A stretch of DNA of 64,000 bases from an uncultured Cytophagales bacterium (GCA_963793215.1 CAWBZE010000005.1:1291746-1355745), one strand, 5' to 3'; positions 1 through 11,264 are shown, counted from the stretch's first letter. Notes: generated by a model from the letters alone, not told the origin. Program-made: numbers and translations.

Positions 1-350
1 AGTTTCTCCACGTTCTGTCCGTAGTGCTTGTAGCGCGCCGACGTTTTGTTGTACGACATGCGCTCGGGCTTCTTGGTGAGGATGTCCGCGGCCGGAGGGG
101 GAAAAGGAGCCTCCACGTCGAGCGTGAAGTTGGTCATGATGAACAGATCGTCCCAGGTTTTCTGCGTAGTTTCCTCGGGGTCAAGGCCCGCGGTGGGGTT
201 GAGTTGCCGCATGAGGTTGACGAGGGTGTAGGCGTATTTGGTGCGCTTTTCCCGGTCTTCAACCGTGCCGAGGTGGTCGGCCAGCATTTGGATATTACGT
301 CCGTATTCGCGCAGCGTTAGCGGGGGAAGGACTGAATTGTAGTGGTGCAT
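1..350 (-). CDS. DUF4290 domain-containing protein (N-terminal part; gene runs off the left edge)
   Basis: My own minus-strand translation from ATG 350-348 gives MHHYNSVLPPLTLREYGRNIQMLADHLGTVEDREKRTKYAYTLVNLMRQLNP...TWDDLFIMTNFTLDVEAPFP. The PEYGRNIQ-like and WDxLFIM motifs match my memory of Bacteroidota DUF4290. It is absent from the ORF track because no stop codon lies in the window. Confidence 0.7.
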   Translation of the reverse strand, partial: MHHYNSVLPPLTLREYGRNIQMLADHLGTVEDREKRTKYAYTLVNLMRQLNPTAGLDPEETTQKTWDDLFIMTNFTLDVEAPFPPPAADILTKKPERMSYNKTSARYKHYGQNVEK

Positions 351-390
351 GGGGATTTGTGTTGGTGGCTAGGGTTTTAGGAATTGGATT

Positions 391-430
391 TTGGGGATTA
401 GGTGTTGGAAGCAAAACACCTAATCCCCAA
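391..430. repeat. 16-bp inverted repeat (hairpin) between the helicase stop and the DUF4290 start
   Basis: ttggggattaggtgtt / aacacctaatccccaa, separated by an 8-nt loop and embedded in a longer imperfect G/T-rich versus C/A-rich palindrome (361-452). Neither strand has a U-tract, so a terminator function is not assured. Confidence 0.6.
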
Positions 431-452
431 TCCCTAACACCAAAAACCTAGC

Positions 453-2705
<2,253 letters not shown>

Positions 2706-2862
2706 AAAGGCAGTTAGGTTAATGGGGGAAGCGAAGGTACAATAAAATCAACGAAAAGGAAGATGGAGAATGGAGGACGGGGAACGGAAAATGCACATCC
2801 GTTCTCCGTTTTCCGCTCTCCCTTTTTTCCCTTCTTCCTTTTGTTTCTTAACAGAATTCGCT

Positions 2863-2870
2863 TAATTTTG
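2863..2870 (+). promoter_or_regulatory. Bacteroidota sigma-A -7 box (TAnnTTTG) upstream of rpsT
   Basis: TAATTTTG at 2863-2870 with a TTG at 2841-2843 (19-nt spacer), 60 nt upstream of the rpsT ATG. This is a consensus match only. Confidence 0.4.
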
Positions 2871-2929
2871 CCACTCGTTAAACCAAAATGGGCAATCGTT
2901 CGTTCTTTTGCCAACCGAATCAGTAGCAC

Positions 2930-3184
2930 ATGGCCAATCATAAATCATCTCTCAAGCGCATCCGATCCAGCGAAACCCGCCGCCTGCGCAATCGTTATCA
3001 GTTGAAGACCACGCGTACCTACGTGCGTCGTCTGCGTGAAACCACTGATAAGTCGGAAGCCGAGAAGCTGTTTCAAGACGTGTCGGGCATGCTCGATAAG
3101 TTAGCGAAGAAAAATATTATCCATAAGCACAACGCAGCTAACAAAAAATCGCAACTTGCTAAGTACGTCAACGAATTGGCCTAG
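2930..3184 (+). CDS. rpsT: 30S ribosomal protein S20
   Basis: 84-aa basic protein starting [22 protein letters not shown], a typical S20 N-terminus. Confidence 0.95.
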   Translation: MANHKSSLKRIRSSETRRLRNRYQLKTTRTYVRRLRETTDKSEAEKLFQDVSGMLDKLAKKNIIHKHNAANKKSQLAKYVNELA

Positions 3185-3208
3185 ATTCTTACGCACGAAA
3201 TACTCTCG

Positions 3209-3242
3209 AGCCCTACGCTGAATAAGTGCAGGGCTTTTTTGG
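3209..3242 (+). terminator. Rho-independent terminator after rpsT
   Basis: agccctac...gcagggct stem followed by TTTTTT, 25 nt after the rpsT stop. Confidence 0.7.
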
Positions 3243-3284
3243 TTTATTGGGGAGACTCATCTTGTCTTCACCAACTATTTCCTA

Positions 3285-3986
3285 ATGTCTTTCAAAATTC
3301 TGCGTGAAACTGGTATTCTTAGTTGGGACGAAGCCGATCGCCCCCGCGAAAAACTGTTGCTTAAAGGACGCGCCGCCCTGTCGGATGCCGAACTGATTGC
3401 GATCTTGATCGGTTCGGGCACTCCTAAGCAGAGCGCGGTCGATCTGAGCAAAGACATTCTGAAGTCGGCGCAGCACAACCTGCACGAGTTGGCTAAACTG
3501 TCGGTCGATGAGCTGAAAAAGTTTCCGGGCATCGGCGAGGCCAAGGCGATTAGCATCGTGAGCGCCCTGGAGCTGGGGCGACGGCGCAAGGCCAGCGAAC
3601 CCACCAAGCGCGACAAGATCACCTGCTCGGACGATGCCTACGGAGTGATGCAGCCCTACCTGCTCGACCAGCCGCTGGAGCAGTTCTGGATCATTTTGCT
3701 CAATCGGGCCAACGAGGTGATCAAACCGCACTGCGTGAGCCAGGGAGGAGTGGCGGGTACCGTGGCCGACCCGAAAACGATCTTCAAGGCCGCACTTGAT
3801 AAACTGGCCAGTTCGATCATCCTGGTACACAACCACCCGTCGGGCAATTTAACCGCGAGCGAAGCGGATATGCGGCTCACCCAGAAGCTTAAGGAAGCTG
3901 GACAGATGCTGGATTTGCCGGTGCTGGATCACGTGATTTTTACTGATCACGGGTTTTACAGCTTTGCGGATGAGGGGGTGTTGTAG
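3285..3986 (+). CDS. radC: RadC-family JAB/MPN domain protein
   Basis: 233 aa with an HhH-like GIGEAKA and the JAMM motif HNHPSGNLTAS. The N-terminus has RPREKLL, typical of RadC. Confidence 0.9.
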   Translation: MSFKILRETGILSWDEADRPREKLLLKGRAALSDAELIAILIGSGTPKQSAVDLSKDILKSAQHNLHELAKLSVDELKKFPGIGEAKAISIVSALELGRRRKASEPTKRDKITCSDDAYGVMQPYLLDQPLEQFWIILLNRANEVIKPHCVSQGGVAGTVADPKTIFKAALDKLASSIILVHNHPSGNLTASEADMRLTQKLKEAGQMLDLPVLDHVIFTDHGFYSFADEGVL

Positions 3987-4104
3987 CACACGGAGACCGC
4001 ACACAGATAGCACAGATTACGCGGATGATGGCGTAGATTACACGAATGGAATAGGGAGAGAGGAACGAATTTTATCTATATTAACGGGCATAAAATAATC
4101 TACT

Positions 4105-4602
4105 ATGATTGACCGTCACATCCGTCTGAGTACTCGTTTTCTTCCGCTTTTTAAAGGACTGTGCTATGTGTTGCTAATGGCCTTTCTCGCCTTGTCAATT
4201 CCAGCACTTACAGAAGGAGACTGGCGGGCGCTATTACTCCTACTCAGCAGTGGGAGTATGGTAATCGCTGCTTTGCGGAGTATGCAAAAGCTACGCACGG
4301 TTATTTGGGAGGATAACTAACTGCGGGTGAAGGATCAGCAAACGGTTCTTCTCTTGCCCGAAGAAATCAAAAACATAGAACTCAAAGTACTTATTGGAGT
4401 ACACGAGGTCACGCTGCACGAGCCGCATCCCTACCTGGGCGAGTCGTTTTTGTTCTTGGCTTCCATGACTTATTTGTTTAACTACGATAAGATTGACGAG
4501 CAGATGCGCGAACTTTGGCAACATATTTCCCAGTCGAAACGCGGACTAGTCACGGCGCAACGATCCCACGCACGTTCTGATAACCAGCATCTCACCCAGT
4601 AG
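4105..4602 (+). pseudogene. Small membrane protein ORF interrupted by one in-frame TAA (4318-4320)
   Basis: ORFs 4105-4320 and 4327-4602 are in the same frame (both = 1 mod 3) and are separated only by TAA-CTG-CGG. The N-terminal part has 2 predicted TM helices. The sequence reads through smoothly: ...TVIWEDN*LRVKDQQTVLLLPEE... Confidence 0.4.
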
Positions 4603-4922
4603 CCGTTCCTCTAGTGTCCAGCATCCTAGCCGTTCAGAAGATCAGCCTCCCGCTCCCCCTACAATCACCATCTGCCGCATAAGTTGGTATCTAGGGTGAC
4701 GTACGTTGCGGAGATCCTCTTCCGTGATCTCGATATCATAATCTTCCCGAAGAGTCCGTAGTTTGTCCAACGATTGCCAATTAAAGCGGCAACGAGTTCG
4801 CCTCCGCAAAATCTTGGCGGGGCGGTTGTTCCTTTCCGTTATAAATTAGTTCTTTGGCGAAGGTCACCCGGCACATCGTTCTTCTTGGCGACTCCGTTCA
4901 CTATTTCTAATCCCCCCAACGC

Positions 4923-6959
4923 ATGCACAGCTCTTTGTCAACCAACCTAGGCGTGGTATTGGGCGCTTCCGTAGAAATTCCCCTGCTCACGGATATCGTC
5001 ATCATTCTGGGCGCTTCGGTACTGGTCATCTACGTGTTCCAAAAGCTAAAACTGCCCACCATTTTAGGGTATCTGATGACGGGCATTCTGGCGGGGCCCT
5101 ACGCGTTGGGACTGATCACCGCTTCGCAGGAAGTGGAAGTGATGGCTGAGATTGGCGTGATTCTGCTGCTGTTTATCATCGGGATGGAGTTTTCGCTGAA
5201 GAGCCTGGCGGCCATCAAGAAGAGCGTTTTTATCGGCGGAGCGGCCCAGGTGGGGCTCACTACCGTGGTCACCGCCCTGGTTGCCGGGTGGTTTGGCTTT
5301 GAGCTGAATGCCGCCGTATTCTTGGGCTTCGTGTTTTCGCTGAGCAGCACCGCCATCGTCCTCAAACTGCTCCAGGAGCGCAGCGAGGTGAACAGTCCGC
5401 ACGGCAAAATTGCGCTGGCCATTCTCATCTTTCAGGATATCATTGTGGTACCGATGATGCTACTCACCCCTATCATGTCGGGGCAGGGCGGTGACGTTGG
5501 CACCGTGGTGGTTACGCTGCTGCTGAAGGTGGGCGTGGTGATTGTCGTGGTACTGGTGGGGGCGCGCTATCTGGTGCCAATCTTGCTACACGAAGTGGCT
5601 AAGACCAAGAACCGTGAGTTATTTATCCTGTTTGTGGTGGTGATCTGCTTTGCGATTGCCTGGGGAACGTCCGAAATGGGCTTGTCGCTGGCGCTGGGAG
5701 CTTTTCTGGCCGGTTTGGTGATTTCGGAGTCGGACTATAGCTACCAGGCCACCGGTTTTATTATCCCCTTTCGCGAGATTTTCACCAGCTTCTTCTTCGT
5801 TTCCATCGGCATGTTGCTCAACGTTTCGTTTCTGATTGATCATTTTCTGATTATTATGGGACTGCTGCTACTGGTTAGCGTCGCCAAGGCGGGCATCGCT
5901 GGGGTGGCCGCGCTGCTGCTTAAGTATCCGGTGCGCACCGCCATTCTCACCGGACTTACCCTGTTTCAGGTAGGCGAATTTGCCTTTATCTTATCGGAGG
6001 TGGGCATCGAGTACCAGTTGCTTTCCGAGGCTACTTATCAGTATTTTTTGTCGGTTTCTATACTGTCGATGGCCATCACACCTTTTGTGATTCAGCGTTC
6101 CGAATCGATCACCCGATCGCTTACTACCTCCAGAACGTTGCGCACTCTGCCTATTCCTCGCTCAAAGAGCAACGGCGTGCCCAAGGCTCAGGCTGAAGAC
6201 AATTTTAAAGACCACACCATCATTATTGGCTTCGGCGTAAATGGGCAGAACGTGGCGCGGGCGGCTAAATTTGCTAAAATTCCCTACGTGATCATCGAGA
6301 TGAACGCCGATGTGGTACAGCGTGAGAAAGCCCAGGGCGAACCTATTTTGTTCGGGGACGCTACCAACCACTTCATTCTGGAGCACGTGAAGGTGTTCAG
6401 CGCCCGGGTGGCGGTAGTGGCCATCTCCGACCCGGTGGCTACCCGCGCGGTCATCACCAGCATCCGATCCATCTGCCCCACCGTGCACATGATCGTCCGC
6501 ACCCGCTTTATGAACGAGGTGGCCGAGCAATTGCGCCTGGGTGCCAGCGAGGTGGTGCCCGAAGAGTTTGAAACCTCCATTGAGATCTTTTCTCGCTTGT
6601 TGCACAAGTATCTGGTTCCGCAGGACGAGGTGGATCATTTTATTACCGACATCCGGGCCGAGAGCCACGAGGTGCTTCCTCCCCGCGAGATTAACTACCG
6701 AAGGGCCGCGCAACTCACCGTGCCTAATCTGAATATTTCGTCGCTACGGGTGCAGAACGGCAACCGGGAGGTGGTGGGCAAGACGATGAACGAGGCGGGC
6801 ATTCGCGCGCGCTACGGCGTCAACGTGCTGGCCATCCAACGCAACGAAGACTACCTGTCGCACATCGAGGCCGACACCCGGATTGAGCAAGACGATATCT
6901 TGTTCTTGGCGGGCAAGCCCGAGGACGTGTCCCGCTTTCACGAGGTGATCAAGATTTAG
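4923..6959 (+). CDS. Monovalent cation:proton antiporter-2 (CPA2, Kef-type) with RCK/TrkA-N and TrkA-C domains
   Basis: 678 aa. The N-terminal ~400 aa are multi-TM. A Rossmann-like IIIGFGVNGQNVA follows, then a C-terminal TrkA-C-like segment (GKTMNEAGIRARYGVNVLAIQR). Confidence 0.85.
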   Translation: MHSSLSTNLGVVLGASVEIPLLTDIVIILGASVLVIYVFQKLKLPTILGYLMTGILAGPYALGLITASQEVEVMAEIGVILLLFIIGMEFSLKSLAAIKKSVFIGGAAQVGLTTVVTALVAGWFGFELNAAVFLGFVFSLSSTAIVLKLLQERSEVNSPHGKIALAILIFQDIIVVPMMLLTPIMSGQGGDVGTVVVTLLLKVGVVIVVVLVGARYLVPILLHEVAKTKNRELFILFVVVICFAIAWGTSEMGLSLALGAFLAGLVISESDYSYQATGFIIPFREIFTSFFFVSIGMLLNVSFLIDHFLIIMGLLLLVSVAKAGIAGVAALLLKYPVRTAILTGLTLFQVGEFAFILSEVGIEYQLLSEATYQYFLSVSILSMAITPFVIQRSESITRSLTTSRTLRTLPIPRSKSNGVPKAQAEDNFKDHTIIIGFGVNGQNVARAAKFAKIPYVIIEMNADVVQREKAQGEPILFGDATNHFILEHVKVFSARVAVVAISDPVATRAVITSIRSICPTVHMIVRTRFMNEVAEQLRLGASEVVPEEFETSIEIFSRLLHKYLVPQDEVDHFITDIRAESHEVLPPREINYRRAAQLTVPNLNISSLRVQNGNREVVGKTMNEAGIRARYGVNVLAIQRNEDYLSHIEADTRIEQDDILFLAGKPEDVSRFHEVIKI

Positions 6960-7480
6960 CGCCGCACGCCCTGAGTGGTGAACGACAGCCCCTGCTGTCC
7001 GTTAGTAGAGATCATCACCGCCTCAAAGAGCGGTTCGTGCACGCGGGGCCGGGTGGCCCACTCGAAGATAAAGTTGGCGCCGGTGCCTCCGGTTTGGTCT
7101 GACTCGTCGATCACAATCTCGATGGTTTCAAGCGGTCGCAGGTACACCGGATCGTCCACGTAGGTGCGCAGGCGATCGCCCTGGGTATTGTAATAATCAG
7201 CGTGCAGGATGAATACCGAATCGGTGGTGCTGATGTTGCGGATGCTCACCGTGGAGGTGAGGTTATACGTCAATTGGTCGCTGCGCTGGTAGATCTCGGA
7301 ATACACTGACAGGTACGAGCTACCTTGGGTTAAGGAGTTGAGAGTGGTAAGTTGCACTTTCCGTTTGGCCCAGTCCACCGGACCAATGATACCTTGTTCT
7401 TCGTTGGGAGAGGTGGTACAAGAAAACAGGCTAAGCAGTGCGATTATGGTTAACAAGTTTTTCATAGCGAGCGGATTCAT
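6956..7480 (-). CDS. DUF3124 domain-containing lipoprotein
   Basis: Signal/lipobox LLSLFSC. The mature part (SSYLSVYSEIY...LRPLETIEIVIDE...GANFIFEW) matches my memory of DUF3124. I prefer ATG 7480 to the GTG at 7495 given in the track. Confidence 0.6.
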   Translation of the reverse strand: MNPLAMKNLLTIIALLSLFSCTTSPNEEQGIIGPVDWAKRKVQLTTLNSLTQGSSYLSVYSEIYQRSDQLTYNLTSTVSIRNISTTDSVFILHADYYNTQGDRLRTYVDDPVYLRPLETIEIVIDESDQTGGTGANFIFEWATRPRVHEPLFEAVMISTNGQQGLSFTTQGVRR

Positions 7481-7642
7481 CCGCGAAAGGTACACAATTG
7501 AACTGCGCTTTTCTGTTTAACAAAATGTTCTTATCGGTTAGACAAAATTCTCTGATTCCGCTAACACTTCGCCGCACGCCCGGTTATACTGCCGCAACGC
7601 TGAAGCGCTTGCTTATTTTTATCTGTTAAAATACAAACTTTT

Positions 7643-8459
7643 ATGAACTTAGGAATCAAAGGAAAATCGGCCGTGGTAACCGGGGCCGATTCGGGACTCG
7701 GAAAAGCCACCGCCCGCATACTCGTCAGCGAAGGAGCCAGCGTGTTATTAACCGATTTGAAAGAAGAAGGACTGGAGGAAGCCGCCGAAGAAGTGCGCCA
7801 GCACGTGGCCGACGGAGCCAAGGTGACTATCAAGGCCACTAACCTAACTGATAATGAAGACGTGAAGGCCCTGGCCGAAGCGGCGCAGCAGCAGTTTGGC
7901 GGAGCCGACATCTTAGCCCACTGCGCCGGTGCCCGCGGAGCGGCCGGAGAGTTTCTGGAGCTCAGCGACGACGACTGGATGGAAACTATCGACATCGATC
8001 TGATGGGGTCGGTGCGTGTGTGTCGGGCGTTTATTCCACAAATGCAAAAGAAAGGTTGGGGTCGTATTGTCCTCATTTCGTCCGAAAACGCACTGCAACC
8101 CTACGTGGAAGAAAGCCCCTACAACGCCTGTAAGGCCGCGATTATTAACCTCTCAAAGTGTTTGTCTCGTGCCTATGGCCCGGATGGAATTCTCATCAAT
8201 ACCGTATCCCCGGCTTACATCGCTACGCCCATGACCGACGCCATGATGGAAGAAGTAGCCGAAGAGCAAGGCACCGATATGGACGGGGCCGTGCAGTGGT
8301 TCCTGAAGAACAAGCGTCCGCACATTGTGGTAGATCGCCGCGGCAAGCCCGAAGAAGTGGCTGCCGTAATCGCCTTCCTATGCTCCGAACTGTTCGAGCT
8401 ACGTCAACGGCAGCAACTACCGGGTGGATGCGGGTGCGGTGGAATCGGCCTTTGGATAA
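7643..8459 (+). pseudogene. SDR-family oxidoreductase with an apparent 1-nt insertion (frameshift near 8393)
   Basis: It has TGADSGLGKA (TGxxxGxG) and YNACK (YxxxK). The canonical SDR C-terminus SYVNGSNYRVDAGAVESAFG* is encoded in the +1 frame from 8400 to the stop at 8457-8459. The total length is 817 nt (3n+1). The as-read ORF runs on to 8641, across a hairpin and into the next gene. Confidence 0.65.
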
Positions 8460-8549
8460 TGGTTCGATTGTTCAATTGCTTCATTGCTCGGTTGTTGAAA
8501 CAGCGACGTCCAACAATTGAGCAATTGAACCATACAAAAACTGAAGAAT

Positions 8550-9287
8550 ATGTCTACCGGTTTACCCATAATCGTTTTTTTGCATTACTTCGGCGGCGCG
8601 GCCCGCAGTTGGCATTGGGTCATCGAGCATTTGGAGGATGACTATCACTGTGTGGCGCTCGATCTGCCCGGTTTTGGCAACACTCCGCCTCTTGATGAAC
8701 CGTCGATCGGGGGAATGGCCGATTACATCCGTCAGGAAACTGAGCGCTTAGGGCTCACTGAGTTTACTTTGTTGGGCCATTCGATGAGCGGAAAGATTGC
8801 TCTGCAAGTAGCGGCGGATGATACCAGACAGCGCGTCCGGCAGTTGGTGCTGATCGCGCCGTCGCCGCCCACCGTAGAGCGCATGCCCGACGAAGAAAAA
8901 GAGCGAATGCTACACCACCCCAACCGTGCCGAAGCGGAAACTACGGTGAAGAACGCTACGAAAAAACCCTTGTCCGCTGAGCGTCGGAAACTAGCAGTGG
9001 AAACCCAACTGGAAATAGACGAAGCCACCTGGCGCTGGTGGTTGCAGCAGGGCATGAACCACCCAATCGCTGATCAGGTAGACAAGATCAAAGTTCCCAT
9101 CACCGTGCTGGCCTCCGATGATGATCCGGTGATCGATCAGGAAACAATTCAGCAGGAGGTGATGAAAGTGCTTCCCCGTGCTCTTCTGGTTCGTACCCAA
9201 GGGATCGGCCATTTGTTACCGCTGGAAGATCCGGAGTGGGTAGCGCAGCAGATCAGGCAGGTTGTCAGTGCCGCTAGGGGGGAATGA
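8550..9287 (+). CDS. Alpha/beta hydrolase
   Basis: 245 aa with the HYFGG oxyanion region, the nucleophile elbow GHSMSG (GxSxG) and a C-terminal GIGHL His. Confidence 0.85.
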   Translation: MSTGLPIIVFLHYFGGAARSWHWVIEHLEDDYHCVALDLPGFGNTPPLDEPSIGGMADYIRQETERLGLTEFTLLGHSMSGKIALQVAADDTRQRVRQLVLIAPSPPTVERMPDEEKERMLHHPNRAEAETTVKNATKKPLSAERRKLAVETQLEIDEATWRWWLQQGMNHPIADQVDKIKVPITVLASDDDPVIDQETIQQEVMKVLPRALLVRTQGIGHLLPLEDPEWVAQQIRQVVSAARGE

Positions 9288-9401
9288 TAATCACCGGCCG
9301 GTGGAGATCACCCTAGCCTTTGGCTAACTGCCAAAAATTGCTTACTTTTTCCTCACTTCTAGCGAAGAAAACATCTCCGCTGTCTCTCCAATCAATAACC
9401 T

Positions 9402-11258
9402 ATGATCTACCGCATCTGCCTACTGAGCTTCCTGCTGGGATTATCCCTGCTGGCGAACGGACAAACGGATTCCCTGCCGCCGCCCAACATTCTGTGGATT
9501 GTGAGCGAAGACAACAGTCCGCTCATCGGAGCCTACGGCGATACTTTTGCGATCACTCCCAACATCGACCGCCTGGCCACCGAGGGCGTATTATACGAAA
9601 ATGCGTTCGCCTCGGCCCCCGTCTGCGCTCCCACCCGCTCAACCCTGATCACCGGCATGTACGCCAACTCGATGGGCACCCAGCACATGCGCAGTGGCAA
9701 CGCGATTCCGGCGTTCATCAAGTTCTTTCCTCGCTACCTGCGGGAGGTCGGCTACTACTGCACCAACAACGTGAAGAAGGATTATAACACCGATGACCAG
9801 GAAGAAGCCTGGGACGAATCCAGTGGCAAAGCCACCTATCAAAACCGACCGACCGAAAAGCCCTTCTTCTCAGTGTTCAATTTCACCACCTCGCACGAGA
9901 GCTCCGTTCACGAACCCATTCAGCGACTGGTGCACGACCGCGAGATGGTGCCCATCCCGCCCTACCATCCGCGCACCGAGGAGATGAAGCACGACTGGGC
10001 GCAGTACTACGACCAGGTGACGATGATGGACGCGCAGGTGGGCAAGGTCTTGCAGGATTTGGAAGCGAGCGGGCTGGCCGATAATACCATTGTGTTTTAC
10101 TACAGCGACCACGGGGGTGTGCTGGGCCGCAGCAAGCGCTTTCTGTTCGAGTCGGGCCTGCGGGTGCCGCTTGTCATCCGCTTTCCTGAGAAGTATAAAC
10201 ATTTGGCCCCCAGCGCTGCCAACACGCGCACCGACCGCTTGGTCACGTTCGTGGATTTTGCTCCCACCGTGCTTAGTCTGGCGGGCGTTTCGGTACCCGA
10301 GTATATGCAAGGGAGTGCCTTTCTAGGTAAGCAAGAGCAAGCTCCTAGTGAGTACGCTTTTGCCTTTCGGGGGCGGATGGACGAGGTGTACGATATGTCG
10401 CGCTCGGTGCGGGACAAGCAGTTTCGCTACACCCGCAATTATATGCCCCACCGCATCTACGGGCAGTATCTGGGCTACCTGTGGCGGGCTCCGTCAATGG
10501 CTTCTTGGGAGTCGGCCTATCGCGCGGGCGAGCTTAACGCGGTGCAGTCGGCCTTCTGGGAGCCAAAGCCGCCGGAAGAACTCTACGACGTGACCACCGA
10601 CCCGCACAACGTGCGCAACCTGGCCACCGATCCGCAGTACCAAGCCGATCTAGAACGCCTTCGCGCGGCCGAAGCCGCGTGGGTACGCCGCATCCGCGAC
10701 GCGGGCTTCTTGCCCGAAGCCGAGATGATGGCTCGCGCTCAGGAGAAGGGAAAAACAATCTACGAGATGATGCAACCGCCCGGCCTGCCACTCGAGCGCA
10801 TCATCGAGACTGCCGAACTGGCTAGCACCAGCGACCCGGCTCATCTGAACGAATTTATCATCCGGCTTAGCGACGACGAACCGGCGGTGCGCTACTGGGC
10901 CGCCACCGGGTGCGCTATTCTGGGCAAGCAGTCCAAACCGGCGCAGCAAATGCTAGAAGCCCATCTGAATGATCCCTTGCCCAGCGTGGCCATCGCTTCG
11001 GCGGAAGCTTTGTACTACCTGGGCGAAACCGAAAAGCCGTTAAACACGCTTACCCAGGTGCTGGAAACCGGCGAAGCGATGGCCCGGGTGCACGCGGTAA
11101 ACGTGCTTAAGCTGATGGGTGAAGATGCCCGTCCCGCCCTCAAAGCTGCGCAGGAAATTCTGGATCGAGGGAAGCCCGAGGACGAAACTTATGATAAGGG
11201 CTATGACATACGGGCCGCGCGCAACCTGATAGACCAACTAGAAAAACCCGGTAGATAA
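9402..11258 (+). CDS. Sulfatase (formylglycine-dependent) with C-terminal HEAT-like repeats
   Basis: It has a signal peptide and the C-x-P-x-R motif CAPTRSTLITGMY, plus YYSDHGG. The last ~170 aa look like HEAT/PBS-lyase repeats (PAVRYWAATGCAILG..., PSVAIASAEALYYLG..., ARVHAVNVLKLMG). Confidence 0.9.
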   Translation: MIYRICLLSFLLGLSLLANGQTDSLPPPNILWIVSEDNSPLIGAYGDTFAITPNIDRLATEGVLYENAFASAPVCAPTRSTLITGMYANSMGTQHMRSGNAIPAFIKFFPRYLREVGYYCTNNVKKDYNTDDQEEAWDESSGKATYQNRPTEKPFFSVFNFTTSHESSVHEPIQRLVHDREMVPIPPYHPRTEEMKHDWAQYYDQVTMMDAQVGKVLQDLEASGLADNTIVFYYSDHGGVLGRSKRFLFESGLRVPLVIRFPEKYKHLAPSAANTRTDRLVTFVDFAPTVLSLAGVSVPEYMQGSAFLGKQEQAPSEYAFAFRGRMDEVYDMSRSVRDKQFRYTRNYMPHRIYGQYLGYLWRAPSMASWESAYRAGELNAVQSAFWEPKPPEELYDVTTDPHNVRNLATDPQYQADLERLRAAEAAWVRRIRDAGFLPEAEMMARAQEKGKTIYEMMQPPGLPLERIIETAELASTSDPAHLNEFIIRLSDDEPAVRYWAATGCAILGKQSKPAQQMLEAHLNDPLPSVAIASAEALYYLGETEKPLNTLTQVLETGEAMARVHAVNVLKLMGEDARPALKAAQEILDRGKPEDETYDKGYDIRAARNLIDQLEKPGR

Positions 11259-11264
11259 CTTCTC

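Noticed and set aside
4603-4805. A 66-codon minus-strand reading frame without a start codon (...RRRTRCRFNWQSLDKLRTLREDYDIEITEEDLRNVRHPRYQLMRQMVIVGGAGG*) in the 320-nt spacer upstream of the CPA2 gene.
   Set aside because: It has no ATG, GTG or TTG near its 5' end and I recognise no motif. It could be a gene remnant, but I cannot support that from the sequence alone.
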